Positions 37,712-49,853 of a stretch of 64,000 nt of DNA are shown here, piece after piece (position 1 is the stretch's first letter; every line of letters begins with the position of its first letter). Made by a program: the position numbers and the translations under genes. Source of the stretch: Ramazzottius varieornatus (lineage: Eukaryota; Animalia; Tardigrada). The notes beneath the pieces were generated by a model. That model did not search any database. It was not told the origin of the DNA and saw only the letters and a list, made by a program, of their open reading frames with translations. Where the stretch lies: positions 860,973-924,972 of the forward strand of contig BDGG01000012.1 in assembly GCA_001949185.1 (NCBI GenBank), read 5' to 3'.

Positions 37712-38913
37712 AGTTCTACATTAGAAGTTCGTTGCTTATGCTTCGTTTTTGTCTTCTTTTTTAATTCTTTAGCGGCTTCGAGTTCGACTTGTCTCCTCGC
37801 AATTTCCTGCTGTACAAAAATGACGGATTTTAGTCGCGGAAACCTTGCTATTCGACCCCAGTCAATATTCTGTTTTGAAAGCACACTGATTCTCAAACCA
37901 ATCACGCCCATCTTACCTGTATTCTGTATTTCTCCGTGTAAATGTTAACGTAGTCCTCCTGTCTTTCGACTAAATTTAGCTCTTGTGCCATCTGTAAAAC
38001 AGGACAAGGCTTACTCGTAGTGCGGATAACCTGGAACACTGCCATCCAAAAGGCACCGCGTACCAAGTTCAGTGCAAGCAAGTCCGTCGATTCTAATACT
38101 GACGTTTTCCCGTACGACGATAACAGCGTCTGGATTCTTGAGAGCGATCCCGCTATCTTCTTCAGGATACCCCTCGTAGTATCCGGGAGCCGCAGTACAA
38201 AGTCACTGAGGAAAAGCAGGTTCTCCAGTACGATTGATAGTTCTACAAAACACGCAATGCCTCACATATACTGTAGACTACGGTCGCTATCCCACGGTAG
38301 AGCACTTCCGGTGCGTTAGTTCTAACGTGTGAGGGTGTTGCAAGTACATGCCTCCGCGTTCCTTCAGGGATAAGGAAGCAAAATCTTTCGAGGAGTTGTA
38401 ATCCGCACTGTTTGCTAAAATCTGCAATTATAAAGCGGCTGATTAGTAACCTGACTAACCTCTAAACATATTTTGGAGTCGCGGTAGTTCTTTGGGCGAT
38501 CTTTGTTACTGGCTGCGACTCTTGCAATACAGCATTCTTCGGTCAGCACCTCAAAGATTTTCTCTATGACAGGCTTCATGAGTTTGCCCTGCTTCTTCAT
38601 GTCCTTAATTTCGCTCAGCATGGTGATGGCTTTCCGGTGCTCCATACGCTTCGCACGAAGTGCCAACCGATCTGCAACGAACGAGCACCGATCAGCTCAA
38701 CCCGGCTCTTCATCTGCTCGCAGTCACCAATACCCTGACAACTTTAAGACGTTCGGTTAGCATACATACGGACAGGCTGTGATCAGCGCCGTGTATTTCC
38801 GGTTCGGACACATTGTCCGATGGTGAAGAACTATGGCATCGGGGAATAGACAGAAAGAACAAGGAACAAAGCATGCAGCATCCCAGTCCTCTGACAGTCT
38901 GGAAAGGGAACAT
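37708..38913 (-). CDS. CCDC134: Coiled-coil domain-containing protein 134 (ER luminal)
   Basis: Signal-peptide-like N-terminus; AKRMEHRKA; LSIVLENLLFLSDFVLRLP; L|MAQELNL..DYVN; basic tail ending NVEL (KDEL-like). Confidence 0.82.
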
Positions 38914-39582
38914 TCTCAACTACGCGAGAGTCAAGAACAAAGAGATTCAGAAAGGCGACGCTGATTACAGAAAACTTGAATAATATGAAGAAGACTGGAA
39001 GAGCTCTAGGTCAGAAACTCAGAAGGACATCCAGACCCGAACGATTACTTGATAGCATAACAACGTGATGACTGCGAATCGCAATCTGGCTGTTGTCTGA
39101 AGTCTGATGTTTTGGTTTTTGTGAACTTTATATTGTGACATTAGTTCGACTCAAAGCTGGCGTTTACCTAAATTTGGGCCGTTTGTTTAGCTAAACGGAC
39201 GTTGGGATTGATCTAGCTCGCCAAACAGACCCTGCCCACTCAGTTTACCTAAACGGATTGAAATCGTCCATTTAGCTAAACGGGGCCTGTTAATCGCCTC
39301 AGTGACGTCGGCATCGAGCGCGAAAATTTCAAACGGTCAAACTGAGCACGTCAGCTGATCGTTTCATTTGGCGCATTTGTTTCTACCGAGTAATTACTCT
39401 CTCCTTTGGACTGCTTTTTCGCTCCTCTTTCTCCTGTTCCTGCGGTACTTTTGTCCCTTCAACTTCTGCTCTAGAGGATGCCACTCCATACAGCATCATA
39501 TTCCTAGCTGCAGCTGCTGCCAAAGCCTACCAATCAACGTGGCGAATCAACTTTTAAATCTGGCGGGGAGAAAGCAAAGAAG

Positions 39583-40849
39583 GTGAAAAAGCGCGATAGT
39601 TGGAAGAATGGAGCCGAGGAACGTCTGCTACAGTGGATGGAAACGCCAGGTAATTATGACAAATACAGATCTGCCTCGCAAGTGAAAGATGACGGGAGGA
39701 CCAGAACTAGTGGCAAGACGAAAGAAGCCATCAAGAAAGAAATTATAGCAATGTTAGCCCCGTGTGGATTTATCAAGACCACCGATCAAGTTCATAACAA
39801 GATCGACAACCTGGTCAGCTCATGGAAGAAGGCGCATCGAGTTTGTGGGAGGAACGGGCTTTGGGAGTCAGGTCGCGAAAAATCTGAAAGGTATCCGGTC
39901 CTCCTATGAAAAGTCGAAAGTTGGGAAAATGGACTGAGCCATTCATAAGGGGAACGTTTTCCCAACTTTCGAACTTTGTACTTTACATGTTTTTTTGGCG
40001 TAGAGACAACTCGTCAGATGTGTCCGCACTGGGATCGGCTGGATCCAATTCTCTTCAATCGTCCTGCTATGTTCGGCCTCTTCATCGGGGACAACGAGGA
40101 CGGTATCATGGCGGAAATTTTCTCAAATGGTTCGAACGATAAATGAAGCAGTACCTCAGATCGACCTTGGTCAACCGGATCCAACAAGCCCAGAGGTTTT
40201 TCCATTCGGCTCACCCGACAGCGTGCGTGCGAGCACTCCTGATGTGGAAGATCATCGGTCCCAAGCGGTTAAAGCTCTGGATGGGGACTATGTTCCCTCT
40301 GACGACGAGGAACAGTTTGGCGCTTCTTCTACTAAGTTGCTAAGCTCTGTCATCAACAACTCTGCAAAGAAATCCACTGCTGGACTGCAGAAAACTAACA
40401 TGGGTGGTCAACAAGAAAGTGTCAAGAAGCCACGAGAGAAACCCATAGACTTAGTTGGAGTTCTGCTGGCAACAGGAAAAGAAAGAAACGATCGAGCCGC
40501 CGCCAGAAATGAAATGGTAGAGCGCTGATACAAGCGCGAGCTGGATTCGAAGGAGGAACAAATCAAACTCCATGCCAAAAAGCAGCGCGACGAGCATGAA
40601 GCCAGGATGAAAGAACTGGAGCAGAAAGACCGAGACAACGAGCTACGAAAAGCCGAAATCGAGTTGCGCAGGCTGGAGCTACAGGTGGAGATGGAAAAGA
40701 TGAGAGAGAAACTTGAGGGTTGTGCATTCACTTTAATGACGTTATTTGGAAATTCGAAGTCTGGAAAAATGTTATCATTCTGTTTCCCAGTCTTTGTAAG
40801 CTCAACTTTTGGGATCTTACAAATGAGGAATACGATTGTACTGAACTGA
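39583..40849 (+). pseudogene. Harbinger accessory Myb/SANT-like DNA-binding protein, disrupted
   Basis: SW..LLQWM..GNY..KTKE..QVHNKIDNLVSSWKKA, intron, CPHWDRLDPIL..RP, low-complexity linker, coiled-coil tail. In-frame TGA 40526-40528; start not recoverable. Confidence 0.75.
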
Positions 40850-40949
40850 ACCGAATCTGTGACCGACGAATTCTCGAAATTTCGAAAGTTGGGAAATCAA
40901 GCTCCTGCGCTCGCAGCAAGAAGAAAAAGCAACTTTCGAATGTTCTAAT

Positions 40950-42203
40950 TCAGTATCGTCCCAGAACCGATTGCTTCACTGCTTCGCGTTTCATCCGTCC
41001 AATTTGGCATGAGTCTGCCTGTGGGTTGATGGCGAGTTCATCGTCTTCGTTTTCTTCGGCGTTCGCTTCTTCTTCGGTCCACTCTTCGTCATAGCGGTCC
41101 TTATCGAGTAAGTTGTGAAGTATGCAGCAGACTCGGATCCAGTACACCGCCCACGCAAGGTCTTTCTTTTCTTTGATGTGCACTCGTAGACGCTTTAGGC
41201 TCTTGAAACGCCCCTTCAGGATTCCGATCGTGTGTCCAGCAGCAACTCTAGCTCCGGCGTGGATAGCGTTGAACTTCCGATTTTCGGCAATGTCGGCCGC
41301 AGGCTTCTTGTACGTAGGAACTGTTATGTCCGAGGTGGGGTATGCGCTGCCTGCCAGCAGATATTCCCCGTTTGCAAAGTAGTCTGATGGAAATCTTGCA
41401 AGTTTGGAATACATAAAAACACGGTGGTCGTGCGCTCCACCCGGCCAACCAGCATAGACGTGGCGGATAATTTTTTGGTCATCCACAACTATCATAGCAT
41501 TTATGGCGTAACCACTCTTGCGTGAGAAGTAGTCTTCTCCACTGCCTGCGGGCTTTTCTTCCAGACCGATCAGTGTTCCATCAACATATCCGATGCAATT
41601 ACGGAACTTGTGAGCCTCTTCGATACACCTTCTGATCTGCATCCGTTCAGCTGTCTTGGGCCAAAATACTGTGTGACGTTCCAGTGAGAGCAATGCCACC
41701 ATAACACGTTCGGTGTACAGATTTACCGTACCTTCTCCCACACCAAAATACGCACCATCCTTCCATAAAGAGGTGCCCGATCCGTCGAATCCAAAACGGC
41801 CCAGCGCAATCATCAGCTGTTCTGCGGGATCGGCTTAGCTAAGGTTGCTCTTGTTCTTGAAAACTTTGTAGTCTCGTATCTTTTGCGTGATTCCGTAGAT
41901 TACCTGTCTGCTCATCCTTGCATTGCGCTTGAATGTCACATCGTCCGACTTGAAAATGATGTCGACCAGTTCTTTCGTTTTCGGTAACTACTGTCTTGGT
42001 GAGAGATAACGGCTATCAGCTGCATAGCATCGTGCAATGGCCGTGGTAGTGTGGTCGTCGTCCGAGCTGCTTTCTGATTCCTCGTCCATCTTCCGATCTT
42101 GGTCATCGCTGCTTGAATCCAGTACTTCCTTGACTATCAAGTCCGTCAAAATCTTCACATCGATGGATCGCACCAGCTGCCTACGGTTCACTCGACTAGG
42201 CAT
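40950..42203 (-). pseudogene. Harbinger (HARBI1/DDE_Tnp_4-like) transposase, inactivated
   Basis: CIGYVDGT, YFSRKSGYAIN, GWPGGAHD, GILKGRF..L, CCILHN. In-frame stops at 41988-41990 and 41835-41837. The second D and the E positions read G (LLAGSAY, VAAGHTIG). Confidence 0.9.
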
Positions 42204-42527
42204 CTTAAGGAGACAAACTGTAAACAGACTAAAGTGCAAGGTATAAATAATGAAGAATACTCCGCTCAAAAAAATTCCCTTTAACGGTTCTGACGTCACA
42301 GCCGTTTCTACGTCATTTGGTATATTAGACTGTGAGTGATTATTTCGGTACTCAGACCTGAAATTTCAATTGATCACCCGATTGGTTGATTTACTTAAGC
42401 AAACGCCGTTTTTAAACGACTGCTTTTACGTAAACACCAGCTTTGAGTCGAGCTATTATTGTCTTCCAGTTTTCCGTTTTCTCGAGATTCTTTGGTTTCT
42501 TTTCACCACATACATCCGACAGCTATA

Positions 42528-44000
42528 ATGGCCGCTTACGCCAATGTTCGGGTTGGGAAGCTGCGGCTGAAAGGGTCAGAGTCGTCAGCTGCTTCCAGGT
42601 TGGTATTGCATTGTTTCACTTAATCACTTTATACCGTAACTATCCTACACTAGGTTTTTGTGTTCTGACTAACGAGTCGCTGTGTGGCTGATATTATGGT
42701 CTGATATTTTCTACCCTCTAGTATGTCGACGAAGAATAAGCAGAAGAAGCGAAAAGCTGAACCCACGCAGAACGATGTAGATAAGGTCGACACTACAAAG
42801 CACGGTGGCTGGTGGAAGGCCAGTTACTTTGCTGAACTAACTGGTCCCGTCGCCATCGAGTTCTTCCCCTTCAGCTACATAAAAAGCTGCGATAACGGGA
42901 CGTTCACTTTTGGAGCGCCACATAACGAAGGTAGGTGGAATTGTGGTCGATGCGTGTTTGATTTTTACTGTATTACCTGATTATACATAGTACGTAGTTA
43001 ACTGCTCGTACACGTACGGTAGGTTTTCGAGAATCTCGACTCTTCCTCCAGCGCTGCTCGTTGGAGCAAAGTACTGTTTTTCACCGTAATTGCGTTGACA
43101 GGTGACGAGCCATATCCTGAAGAAATTCTAACGGCTGTAAGGATTTCCGATACGAGGATTGCGTTGAAGTCGGGGTATGGGAAGTACCTATCCGTTACAT
43201 CCAACGGCAAAGTCGTTGGACGATCGGAAGCCATTGGCGCTCTCGAACAATGGGATCCTGTTTTTGAAGACGTCTGTATTTCAGGCTAAACCAGCTTGTT
43301 CGAAAGTCTGAATCGAAAGCTTGTTCTTCTTTAGGGAAAACTGGCGTTAATGTCCAGTTCGAACCAGTGTTTCCTGACGTGCAAGAACGATGATGAACTA
43401 ACAGCGACAGCTACCTCCGCTGGACTGGATGAGTTCGTGAAGGTTTGAATAAAGCTGTACAAACTTATGGCTCTCGCTTACTTTAGACAAAAGGTGTATC
43501 AATTTCTAACGGTTGCTTTTTAGATAAGGTCGAATGCAGAAAGGAACGTGAAGAAGGCTAGCGTTATAGAAGAGGAAGAGGACGCTTCCCAAGTCGAGTT
43601 GCACTACGTGTAAATGAATCCGTATCCCAAGAAATTTTCTAGAATCAATCGTAAAGGATTACGCTAGATTGGTGCCTGTCCGAGTTTTCCGTCCTGTTTT
43701 GCGCCCACGGCATCCGACAAGCTGCTACTAACAAACATGTCTTTACAGGAAGCAGTTCCAGTGTTTTCAAGACAAGAAGATCAAAGTAAATCCCGGAGAT
43801 GTCAAGAACCTCGATGCTGCACGCAAAAGCGGAACACTTCATGAGACGCTTCTCGACAGGTTAGTTTCTGGACGAGCATTTCAGGCTGTACCTTGCGTTG
43901 CTGTGTTGTGTCAACGTATTTTCGAATATTTTGGTGAGTACCCGAAAAACGTTTTCGTTGCAGGAGAGAAAAGATGAAGTCGGATAGGATGTGCAAATAA
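42528..44000 (+). CDS. FRG1: Protein FRG1
   Basis: [16 protein letters not shown]; KHGGWW; GPVAIE; FTFGAPH; [31 protein letters not shown]; LHETLLDR|[11 protein letters not shown]. Confidence 0.95.
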
Positions 44001-44737
44001 CGAGTGTGATGAAGAATATGGGGGGAGGGAGGGAGGACACGCAGGTGCGGCATCCATTGGACCGAACGCAGCCATTCTCGAGATTATCGACCCACTCCTG
44101 CTGTTGTCTTAAACAACCTTTAGACACTTCCAGAGCTGCGATGTTAATTTTAGTGTGCGTCTGCTGAGACGAAATGTGTTTAATACTGCATACTAATGTT
44201 TTTCCAACGATTACGGGGTCGTATCTTATTTAACTGGTTCGAACTTCCGGGTTCCTGACTCGGTTACGGTTTCTTGCCTAAAATCGCGAGCGAGTTTCGC
44301 ACGGTGTTACTGCAAATATTGGCAGACCAAACAGAGATACGATGAAGCTTCAGACAGAATTAGAAATCACATTATAGCACGGTCGGTGAGACGGAAAGGT
44401 GAAATGGTGACTAAGTGCGGTGTTCTGTGGAGGGTGAATGTAATTATAGGCAACGAGGATCGCTTGCGGCGAAGCTTGTTCTGGTCGAATTCCATTCTAG
44501 GTGAACGTAAACCGCGATCAGCCACTATCACCATTCTTCCGTTGCTTACAATCAAAACTCGTTGAGTATGACTTGTCGACCTTTGTTCGTGCAATGTGGG
44601 AAATTTGCCCTGGATCGCCGTTCCGCATAATACTGGGATTTTTCCGTGCGCGCGCTCGGATCGCATCTGCCGGATAGACAATAGTCAATAGATCTCCTAG
44701 TTTAATTTCTGCCTGGACTTCGAAAACGGCTTGGAAG

Positions 44738-45239
44738 ATGGGCGGCAGTAGCAAGAACTCCCTCAGAAAATGCACTTACCGCGATGGAGAGCCTATCCCG
44801 CAGAAGTGGATCTTTTCCAAATCGAAAAAGATGACTTTGACGGATAAAATTAATTTTTGGCATTTGAGATACCTAATCAATACAAGCACGTTCATGTTGG
44901 AGGTAAGAATGCATTGCGGGAATTTTTGACCCAGTTTTCCAATACCAGCCATGTTTATCATCTCGCTAATGATATCTCTGTGCTTTTCAGCCGTGGGAGC
45001 GAATGATTTTTGATTTCTTTGTTATTGGGTTCCTGTCGATGGGAATTTACGCTTGTTACATCTACCTTCCAGCCTATGGCCTTCGTTTTTGTTACGAAGT
45101 CTATGCCTGTATAGTTGGCGCCTTTCACAGAGTGCTCCCTCCGTCATCCCTGTATAATGCCAGTGAAACTCAAGATAACCTCTGTTTTGATGGTAGTTTA
45201 TCGACTACTTCCTCGGACTTCCTTGTTTTCCATAAATGA
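44738..45239 (+). CDS. Serine palmitoyltransferase small subunit (SPTSSA/B-like), 2 coding exons
   Basis: FWHLRYLINTSTFMLE|PWERMIFD..TM helix..YIYLP. The MLEPWER signature spans intron 44903-44990. Start could be the later Met (MTLTDK). Confidence 0.85.
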
Positions 45240-45750
45240 ATTGTACATACATGCCAATAAAACCTAATGATTACTGCCCAAATTCCCAATTTCACCAACG
45301 GGTCTCCAACGGCACGAACAGTCGAAATTAACCCTACCCAGACTACTTCCCGATTGGGCAGTGAGCAGATCCAGATAAAGAACAGTAATGAGCCTGGAAA
45401 ACTGGGAGTTCCAAATGATGATTTTGGTGGTCACGGACCCAGCTTGTCCACTTCCGGTCATAGTAAGTAAGGAGGTGAGTATGACAATAGGCCAATGACA
45501 TCACAAAGATAATCATGCGCACGTTGGTCTATCTCTTCACTTAGCGATTCAACCGCCATTCTGGAATTTCTTCTGAGACAGGATTGGGCAGTTATCTCAA
45601 GTTTGGACAACCAGGGATCCTGCTCTGGAACCGACAGCTTGTTCCACCTTGGCGGATGCTTAAAGAAGCACCGCAGCAGTTCTCCCGCTGTTCATCGGCG
45701 CATCGTGTCGCTTGAGCACAACTCATCGGTCGCTGAACATCTTCACCGAG

Positions 45751-48700
45751 ATGGCTTATCATAACTCCTTCGCAAAGAAACCTTTTGCAGTGGAGGAACA
45801 GTACTATTCACCACGACTACCAACGGACCGAGAAGCGTTCGTCGCCCAACCACCGTCCCAGTATCGGATGGAACGTCCAGCCGCACCGTCTGGCAGTGCC
45901 GTCATTAGAGTAAGGTCGAGTAATGATTGTCACCTTCCATCATTCTTACAGTATACGGCAATCCTTCCGTAGGACGCGCTCGCGGAATTACCATATCTGC
46001 CATTAGATCACCGCTTTAACCGTCTGCATCAGCTGTTCGCCCGTTCGGACGGACGAGACATCCAAGGATTCTTCCAGCCTGCCGTTGAGATGATCTTCGG
46101 CATCAGATCAACGGCACCGTCTCAACGGACAGTCATCCCGAACTACCAGAGGCAGTGGTCGAATGGTCAGCAGAATACGCAGCAGCAACTAGGTCTGCCT
46201 GTCGTAGCTTCTCTGGTGGACATAACGACGGACTACAAGCTGATTTTTGAAGCTGGCTATGCACTGCTTTGTGCCGGTGGACCTCTCTTTCGCTACCTAA
46301 TTAGCGTCTCACCTACTCGTGGATCGAACCTGGCGCCACGATTCGAGTTTCCAGTGACTTGTCTACCATACAGTGTCCAGAGCAGCTTGGCGAATGGCAT
46401 GCCACCGCCACCGTGGTAAGGGGAGTAGGTTTGGCCAGTCATGATGATCGTTTCGCTAGTATACTAATTTTTGGTTTGTTCTAGGTATCGAGACAAGATA
46501 CAGTCGACTTTCGGTCTAAGCGACATGGACAATCCTCCGCCGGATTTCATCTCGCTAACTGCATTCGACTTCTTCTTTGCTCATTTTGCCTATCACCTCG
46601 TTAACCAAGAGTTCCGCTCAAACGTAAGACTGAGTTTCTTCTCAAGTTACTTACGTTCGTGGATTTCCCACTGCGTTTCGCTGAATAATAAATATTCTGA
46701 ATAATAAATGATAGGTTTCCTCTTCCAGAATCCAGCCAACCCAGAATGCTTGTTCATGGCGCTGGTCGATAACTACAGTGACGTCTTCTTCAACGCGGAT
46801 GGCATTTTGGAAAACCAGCGAGTACTCTCTATGCATACATCAGCAGCATCAAGAGCGTAAGCAGTCAAATTTTGTGTGTAGACCCTGGACAGCGGCCAGA
46901 TCGAAATAATATATACAGTATGTTTGATTCAGTTTTCTCCTTGTTCATCTAGATCGAGGACCAGTCTCTTCTTGTCTCCTCGGCGAGAACCAGATGAACA
47001 CCTGGGCAGAAACATGGACCAAAGAGCACAGTTTCATCCGTTGGCCACTTCCGAAAACCTCGAGTCATTGATCAATGTGAGCTGCGGCGTACGTCTTACA
47101 GTAGGATACTTAATTTATTCAGGCTCAGCTTTACCCTAGATTTTTGTGGAATTCTGGACGAACCTTTCCGGCTTCAACTCGCAGCGACTTGGCAGGAAAT
47201 ACCAAAACAGGACAGCCTCGTTTTACGATCCTGAAAACATCTCTCCGACGTTCGGCCAGTCCCCGTTGTTCTCACCTGGTGCTTCCAGGCGAAAGTCGCA
47301 GATTGCTCCCACCCTACCGACGGTCTTTCCTCCAACTTCGGCATTCCAAGCTTTCCGTCAGGTCATCAAAGCCCTGCATGAGTTCATCTATGCGCCGTCT
47401 ACCACGTTCGGAAGCCAGAGGAACATGGAGACCTCACTGCTAGACATGAAACGGTAAGATGAACTCTCATACACTTGCGTACACACTGAGATTGAACGGA
47501 GAAAGATATGATAATATACATGGAAAAATGCGGTATTTCTACGTTCCTTCAGGCACATTGTTCCGCAGTTGATCCAGAAGCCGTTGTACGACCTGCTCAA
47601 AATAACCATGCGAAAGTACCCAATGGATGCAAGTTTCCGTTATGTAAGTTAGTTACCCTTCTCGAGCGTGTTGACAGTCATCTGGGATGTAAGCTGAAAA
47701 ATTATGCTTGTTGCAGATCTATGAGCTCTGGTTGACGTACCTCCAACCGTGGCGGTATGAAAAGTTGTCCGTTGACAACTCAGTCGAAGAAGTCGTCTCT
47801 CGCGACCAGAAATGGTAAGTGCGGAGGTGTCTGAAGTTCTGAACCAACAGGTTTCCAAGCAGTTATGGACAACATAATCTGGACCGAATTTTACCTTCTA
47901 GGGTTCATTTCGTATCGGAAAACTTGCTGTTCTACAGCACCATCTTCCAGGTTTGATCAGGATTTTCAGGATGTTTTTCTTGACTTTTGACTACACGCCA
48001 CAAGAAATTGGCTTTCATTTAGGAGTTTGTTCATCGAATGCTCCGTGTCGATTTTGGTGTACCATTCAACACAGTCGCCGTCTTCCGTGTAGCTAAAGTG
48101 TTCAAGGAGACCGAACTGTATAAGCTGGCCCAAGTCGTGGAGGACAGTATCGCTGGCGCAAAAAAGTCCGGTTCTCCATATATCGCTGGTTTCTCTCCAT
48201 CCAAGTCCGTCGTCCGCAACCATTTTGCCGATTTGGAAGACACAAGCTTTCGATATGTCCCAATCAACTCTCCAGAAACCCTTGCCGATGCAAGCTGCTT
48301 TTTTTTGGCTCGCAGAGGTGTACTGTTCCTAATGTAAGGCTCCTTACCTGCAGGTGACGGCGTTGATGAGGACACTGATATACGAGCGGAACCGTTGTCA
48401 AAGAGAGCTGGACGAACGGAAAGCCACCGCCTACGATAACAGTGTTTCGACTGTCGAAAAGTGGAAAGGTTACGCTGTGTACGCCTTAAAGTCCCTATTC
48501 GGACTGGTGAACGGTCCCATCGAAGGGATGCAGCTGAGACCGGAAGAGTTTCAGCGCATGTCGCAACACTTCACGAAAGCAATCGAAAACTTCTGTGATA
48601 TGTTCGAAGTGCGTTCTCTGTTGATGTTCATTGTTCAAGCAATGCAGCGCTGAACCATTCTGTTCCTTCAATAGGTGGACCAAAATGAACTTTTGGAATC

Positions 48701-49606
48701 CGGTCCAACGAGTCAGACTTCTCGAACCAACGATTTCCTGCTGGACCATGAACCCACCTCCGACGTGGCAGATCTGTCCCTGAAAGGCATTGTACGATCG
48801 AGATCTCACATCACGCGTCACTCTGTAAGCATAATTCTTTTGCTTTGGGACTTCAGTCTTTTCTTGAAATTATCTTGAGAACAAGAGGACAGAGTGTCTT
48901 TTGGTTTTCTCTAGGTACCTTCATGGACAGAAGGACGAACTCGGTCCTTGTACCTAACTCCACCTGAACTACGTGCACCGAGCTCTTGGGAAGTAGAGTT
49001 CCTCGTGCCTCTTCTGAATGCTTTGTCTCAGAGAATCAACAGTGAAGTAAGTAGATTGACTCACAAAGTATTCTACAAACGGGAGCTGTAGACAATGAGA
49101 GGCCGGTAAACGATGCGTACGAGATCGTCTTAAAGTGCCACACGCTTTCAGCTACAATAAATGAAAACGTACGCCACTTGAGATCTTATGCGTTCCGTTT
49201 GCCGGTCTCGCTTAAACTTGTTGAATTATGATGGTGTGGAAGATTGTATCTGTGGTTTTTGCTCAGCTCAGAAGCTAGCGATGTTTTTTTGTAGTATGGA
49301 AATAACATCGTCCAGTTGTACAATGGCCGAGATTTCCTCTCCCGTCTGCTCCATCCTCTGATCGAGCCGCCACACAATCCTGGTAGGGCTTACGCAGACA
49401 GACCAGCACTTCCCGCTCGTATAAACTTGCGGCCTTTGGCCAGCAAATACCTACTTGGAAGTCTGCTATTTGCGTGGTTCTTTATGTGGCTCTTGGATTT
49501 TGGCTACATACACGGAACATTCTGGCTGTTGGCTGTTCCGGCATTCTTCCTGATTGCAAATGCCCTCCTCGAACCATTCCGCGATGATCATCAGGCTCAA
49601 CAATGA
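45751..49606 (+). CDS. SMPD4: Sphingomyelin phosphodiesterase 4 (nSMase3)-like, multi-exon
   Basis: VEMIFG; LTAFDFFFAHFAYHLV; LVDNY; FVEFW; WLTYLQPWRY; FVSENLLFY; RSWEVEFLV; RINLRPLAS followed by a C-terminal TM segment. Confidence 0.88.
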
Positions 49607-49853
49607 CCATGCGTTCCGGCACTGAAATATTTTGTGCTGCAGTTCCTTCGCAGTTTTTTATTCTTGAGTATTTCAGAACGTGTTCTACTCTCTCTGCTAT
49701 TCGTTTTACCTCTTATCTGGAACAGAAAGACATTGAGCATCTCATCTTGCCGCGAACTTCATCAAGACTTAGTATTTTCTTTTCTTACACCAACAAGTTG
49801 TTTTGACGAGCTTCACTGGACACGATAGTATAAGTAAGTCACTAGCACGGTTT

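Larger units (their letters stand above)
39143..42454. mobile_element. Full-length but dead PIF/Harbinger-type transposon (~3.3 kb), ATT TSD, convergent Myb/SANT and DDE genes
   Basis: TIRs ag(t/c)tcgactcaaagctgg(c/t)gtttac(c/g)taaa at 39143 and 42454; ATT on both flanks (39140-39142, 42455-42457). Two-gene layout typical of Harbinger. Confidence 0.9.
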
